Positions 60,171 to 64,000 of a stretch of DNA of 64,000 bases are shown piece after piece; the stretch's first letter is position 1, and each line of letters starts with the position of its first letter. The notes beneath the pieces were generated by a model. The model made no database searches, was not told where the DNA came from, and saw only the letters and a list, made by a program, of their open reading frames with translations. Location: NCBI GenBank assembly GCA_963809895.1, contig CAWELD010000003.1:2976001-3040000 (forward strand), written 5' to 3'. This DNA is from an uncultured Gemmatimonadales bacterium. GTDB lineage: Bacteria > Gemmatimonadota > Gemmatimonadetes > Longimicrobiales > Gaopeijiaceae. The position numbers and the translations under genes were made by a program.

Positions 60171-62835
60171 AGTCGTTCACCTCGGCGACCCAGATGTCGC
60201 TCTCGCGCCGGCCCAGGGTGAGATAGAAGCGGCGACCGTCGGTGGAGAATCCGTAGCGCACCGGCTGATCCGCCGTATCCTCGAACGTCACCAGAACCCG
60301 GGGAGCACCGCCCACGGGCGGCACGGAGCGGATGGACCAGCCCGATGGCTCCCGGTCCAGGTAGTAGAGCGTGCGCCCATCGGGGGACCACTCGCACAGG
60401 TGTGGGCCCATGGTCGACCCGGAACGGGGAACCAGCAGGCGGCTCGGCCCACCCTGTGCCGATCCCACGCGCAGCCCGTCCGGAGCGATGGCGGCAATCT
60501 GGTCACCGGTGGGCGACCAGCGTGCGTATTCGGCCCGCCACAGGTCGCGGCTCGCGCCGTCGGCCAGCGACAGGACCCGGAGGACGTTTCGTTGCGGGGT
60601 GAACTGCTCGTAGACCAGCGCGGTGCCGTCTCCGGACCAGTGCGCGTCCACGTCCTCCGTGCCGCCTTCGGTGCGCAGCGTTTCTTCCGTGCCGTCGGCA
60701 TCGATCGTGAAGAGGTCGCGGGTGCCGTTCCTCAGGGAGTGGAAGACGAGCCGACGGCCGTCCGGCGCCCACGCCGGGGAAAAATCGTCGCCCGGATCCG
60801 TGGTGAGTTGGATCGCCTCGCCGCCCCTCACGGGCATGCGCCAGATGTCGTAGTTGCCCCCCCGATCCGAGTCGAAGGCAAGCCATTCGCCGTCGGGACT
60901 CACATTCGCCGTCTCCACCGTCTGGTTGCCCTGGGTGACGGGCTCGGCTCCTCGACCGGATACGGGCCCTTCGCCGTCAGGGGGGATGTCGATGGCCCAC
61001 ACGTTGGACGAGGTGGTCAGTGCGGCGTAGGCCAGCCGCGTGCCGTCGTCGCTCAACGACAACGAGAAGACGTCGAGGCCCGTGGTCACCCGCTCCGGGA
61101 TCCCCCGCGGCTCGCCGGAGCGGGTGACCTGTACCCGATACACGTCGCGCGATCCCTCGCGGTCCGACACCCACAGCAGCGACGCGCCGTCCCGGCTCCA
61201 GATGGGTGACATGTTGGTGGCGGTGCGCTCGGCAATTCGCGTGAACGTGCCGTCGTCGACGCTCACCACGGCGATCCCGGACGGGCCCTGGTTGGCGAAG
61301 TCGCGGGTGCCGAACACGAAGATCGGATTCGCCACCACCACGGCGAGGTGCGAGCCGTCGGGCGACCATGCCGGCGAGTGCGCCTGGTCGATGGTGGTGA
61401 GCAGGGTCGGCGGACCGCCCCCCACGTCCTGCAGATAGATCGCCCCGGTGGGCCACGACACGACGTACGCCAGCGTCCGGCCATCGGGAGAGAGGTCGAA
61501 GCCCAGGATGGGAAGGAACTGGTCCGGTGACACGGAGTCGGTGACGAATCGGGCGAGAACCCGTGCGGGGCCGCCCAGCGCCGGGACCTCGGAGATGGCG
61601 CCGTCGGCCGACTCGTACATCACGCGGCTGCCATCGGCGGACCAACGCGGCCAGCGGTGGGTCATGCCGGGGTCGTCCGTCAGCGGCACCGTGCGCCCAC
61701 CGCTCACCTGGCGCACGTAGATCTGCATGGCCGTGGGCGGGCCTGCCGCGTAGGCCACCATGGAGCCGTCCGGTGACATGGCCGCATCGACTTCGAGCCC
61801 CGGATCCAGGGTGATCTGGGTGGTGGCGCCGAGCACCAGCGGCGCTGGCTCGCGCCCGAGGACGAGCACCGCGACCGCGGTCGACGCCCCCAGCAGCGCC
61901 ACGGCGAGCGCCGGCACCAGCCAGCGCGCCCGGCGCTCCCGCTCGGGTGCCCTCGGACCCGCACGGTCCGCCAACGCATCGGCGAACTGAGCCACCGGGT
62001 TGAACCGATCTGCGGGGTTCTTGGCCAGCGCTCGCTGCAGCACGCCCGCGATCTCGGCGGGCACCGCCGGCCGGAGCTGGGTGATGGGCCGGGGCTCCGC
62101 CGTCAGGTGCTGGTGAACGATGCTGGCCGTGGTGGGCCCGCTGAAGGGAGGCTCGCCCGCGAGCATCTCGTAAAGCACGCACGCCAGGGCATAGAGGTCG
62201 CTACGCCCGTCCAGATCTCCCTGGCCACCCGCCTGCTCGGGGCTCATGTACGCGGGCGTGCCCACTACCACGCCGGTCGCGGTCAGGCGGTCCCCCCCGG
62301 CCGCGTCCACCGCCCGGGCGATTCCGAAATCGGCCACCACCGCGTGCCCACTCTGCAGCATGATGTTCTCGGGCTTGATGTCGCGATGGATCACCCCTCT
62401 CGAGTGGGCGTAGGAGAGGGCGTCGGCTACCTCGCGCGCCAGGCGCATGGCGTCGTCCAGCGGGAGCTGCTTCTCGCGCTGGAGTCGGTCCCGCAACGAC
62501 TCGCCCTCCACGTAGGGCATGACGTAGAAGAGGAACTCGGCCGGCGTGTTGGTGTCCCCGTCGGTCCCGACACCCGCCCTCCCGCTGTCATAGAGTGGGA
62601 GGATGTGCGGATGGCTGAGCCCCGCGGCGATCTCGATCTCGCGGAAGAAGCGGTCCTGCCCCAGCGCGGCCGCCAGCTCGGGGCGAAGTACCTTCAGGGC
62701 GACCTTGCGATTGTGCCGTACGTCGTGGGCCAGATAGACCGTGGCCATTCCACCCGCCCCGAGCTCACGCTCGACGACGTAGCGGCCGGCCAGGGCCTCG
62801 ACCAGGCGCCCAGGGGTCCCGGGGGGATTGCTCAT
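60169..62835 (-). CDS. Membrane Ser/Thr kinase with C-terminal TolB/PD40 beta-propeller
   Basis: GAGGMATV, VALK, HRDIKPEN, DFGIA, GTPAYMSPEQ; TM helix; repeated WSPDG. Confidence 0.93.
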   Translation of the reverse strand: MSNPPGTPGRLVEALAGRYVVERELGAGGMATVYLAHDVRHNRKVALKVLRPELAAALGQDRFFREIEIAAGLSHPHILPLYDSGRAGVGTDGDTNTPAEFLFYVMPYVEGESLRDRLQREKQLPLDDAMRLAREVADALSYAHSRGVIHRDIKPENIMLQSGHAVVADFGIARAVDAAGGDRLTATGVVVGTPAYMSPEQAGGQGDLDGRSDLYALACVLYEMLAGEPPFSGPTTASIVHQHLTAEPRPITQLRPAVPAEIAGVLQRALAKNPADRFNPVAQFADALADRAGPRAPERERRARWLVPALAVALLGASTAVAVLVLGREPAPLVLGATTQITLDPGLEVDAAMSPDGSMVAYAAGPPTAMQIYVRQVSGGRTVPLTDDPGMTHRWPRWSADGSRVMYESADGAISEVPALGGPARVLARFVTDSVSPDQFLPILGFDLSPDGRTLAYVVSWPTGAIYLQDVGGGPPTLLTTIDQAHSPAWSPDGSHLAVVVANPIFVFGTRDFANQGPSGIAVVSVDDGTFTRIAERTATNMSPIWSRDGASLLWVSDREGSRDVYRVQVTRSGEPRGIPERVTTGLDVFSLSLSDDGTRLAYAALTTSSNVWAIDIPPDGEGPVSGRGAEPVTQGNQTVETANVSPDGEWLAFDSDRGGNYDIWRMPVRGGEAIQLTTDPGDDFSPAWAPDGRRLVFHSLRNGTRDLFTIDADGTEETLRTEGGTEDVDAHWSGDGTALVYEQFTPQRNVLRVLSLADGASRDLWRAEYARWSPTGDQIAAIAPDGLRVGSAQGGPSRLLVPRSGSTMGPHLCEWSPDGRTLYYLDREPSGWSIRSVPPVGGAPRVLVTFEDTADQPVRYGFSTDGRRFYLTLGRRESDIWVAEVND

Positions 62836-63007
62836 GGGGCCAAGATGGCGCGGTCCATTCGGGTGCGCGAGCACGTTCTCCACCGCCAGACCGAGACGCG
62901 CATGCCTTGTGACCCACGCGACCCGGGCCACATCTTCGCGCCGCACCGCCGGACGACAGCCGGTCTTCCGCACGCCGGGCCGGCCCCTCATGCCCACGAC
63001 GACGCGC

Positions 63008-64000
63008 ATGCTCGACGACCTCCACTCGCCGGACTATCACCTCCGGCCCGGGCAGGCCCTGCTCGGTGCCCAGATGCTGTTCGTGGCGTTCGGGGCGCTG
63101 GTCCTCGTGCCCCTGCTCACGGGCCTCGATCCCAACGTGGCCCTGTGCACCGCCGGACTGGGCACCCTCCTGTTCCAGGCCGTCACGCGGGGTAAGGTGC
63201 CGGTGTTCCTGGCCTCGTCCTTCGCCTTCGTCGCGCCCATCGTGGCGGGGGTGGAGGCCTACGGCATGGAAGCGACGCTGGGCGGGCTGGTGGCGGCGGG
63301 CGGCGTCTACGTCGTCCTGGCCGGCCTGGCCCGGGTCTTCGGGGTCCAGCTGCTCCACCGCCTGCTCCCGCCCGTGGTGACGGGGCCGGTGATCATGGTG
63401 ATCGGCCTGATCCTGGCGCCCACCGCCGTGAACATGGCCATGGGGCGCACGGGGGACGGCGCGTCGCAGCTCGTGCCGACGGCCGCCGCGCTGGCGCTGG
63501 CGACCCTCGCCCTGGCCGTCACCGTGTTCGCCGCGATCCGGGGACGCGAATGGCTGCGGCTGGTGCCGATTCTCACCGGCCTCGCGGTGGGCTATCTGGT
63601 CGCGCTTCCTCTGGGGCTGGTGGACTTCTCGCCGGTGGCGAGCGCCCCTTGGCTGGCGGTGCCTTCGTTCACCTTTCCCACCTTCCGATGGGACGCGGTG
63701 CTCTTCATGGTCCCGGTGGCGCTGGCGCCCGCCATCGAGCATTTCGGCGACGTCATCACCATCGGCTCCGTCACCGGCCGGGATTACCTGAAGGACCCGG
63801 GCATCCACCGCACGCTGCTGGGCGACGGACTCGCCACCAGCCTCGCCGCGCTCCTGGGCGGACCGCCCAACACGACCTACTCGGAGGTCACCGGCGCGGT
63901 GGCCGTCACCGGCGCCTTCAACCCGGCCATCATGACCTGGGCCGCCGTCACCGCCGTGGTGCTCGCCTTCGTCGGCAAGCTGGGCGCCCTGCTCCAGACC
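63008..64000 (+). CDS. uraA: Uracil/xanthine permease (NCS2, UraA-like), 3'-partial
   Basis: Not in the ORF track because no stop lies in the window; translates QMLFVAFGALVLVP, FLASSFAF, PPVVTGPVI, EHFGD, PPNTTYSE. Confidence 0.88.
   Translation, partial: MLDDLHSPDYHLRPGQALLGAQMLFVAFGALVLVPLLTGLDPNVALCTAGLGTLLFQAVTRGKVPVFLASSFAFVAPIVAGVEAYGMEATLGGLVAAGGVYVVLAGLARVFGVQLLHRLLPPVVTGPVIMVIGLILAPTAVNMAMGRTGDGASQLVPTAAALALATLALAVTVFAAIRGREWLRLVPILTGLAVGYLVALPLGLVDFSPVASAPWLAVPSFTFPTFRWDAVLFMVPVALAPAIEHFGDVITIGSVTGRDYLKDPGIHRTLLGDGLATSLAALLGGPPNTTYSEVTGAVAVTGAFNPAIMTWAAVTAVVLAFVGKLGALLQT

Overview
This is a very GC-rich bacterial chromosome segment. The gene repertoire (ADOP-type ABC permease, two VPS10/BNR-repeat proteins, S9/S10/S41/CocE hydrolases, Ser/Thr kinases with TPR or TolB repeats, a kinase-associated ECF sigma factor) suggests Gemmatimonadota, but that is inference only. 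About 40 protein-coding genes are supported. Most are secreted hydrolases and signalling modules, plus a monomeric NADP-isocitrate dehydrogenase, an MbnP/MbnH-like pair and a partial UraA-like permease. I found no rRNA, tRNA, transposase, integrase or CRISPR-Cas. The most unusual structure is an AbiEi-N/DUF559 nuclease-like gene bracketed by two matching arrays of degenerate palindromes with about 60-bp period, inside a repeat-rich patch (45.3-47.1 kb); this resembles a REPtron layout. Also notable: an 18-bp palindrome present at both ends of a propeller histidine kinase next to its NarL-type regulator; a kinase/receiver-flavoreductase operon whose reductase lacks CxxC; an MbnP variant lacking WxW; an S41 peptidase split by one base; a heavily deleted BBE-oxidase pseudogene; and a near-consensus sigma70 promoter with an overlapping operator. 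All product calls come from motif recognition by eye; no database searches were run.
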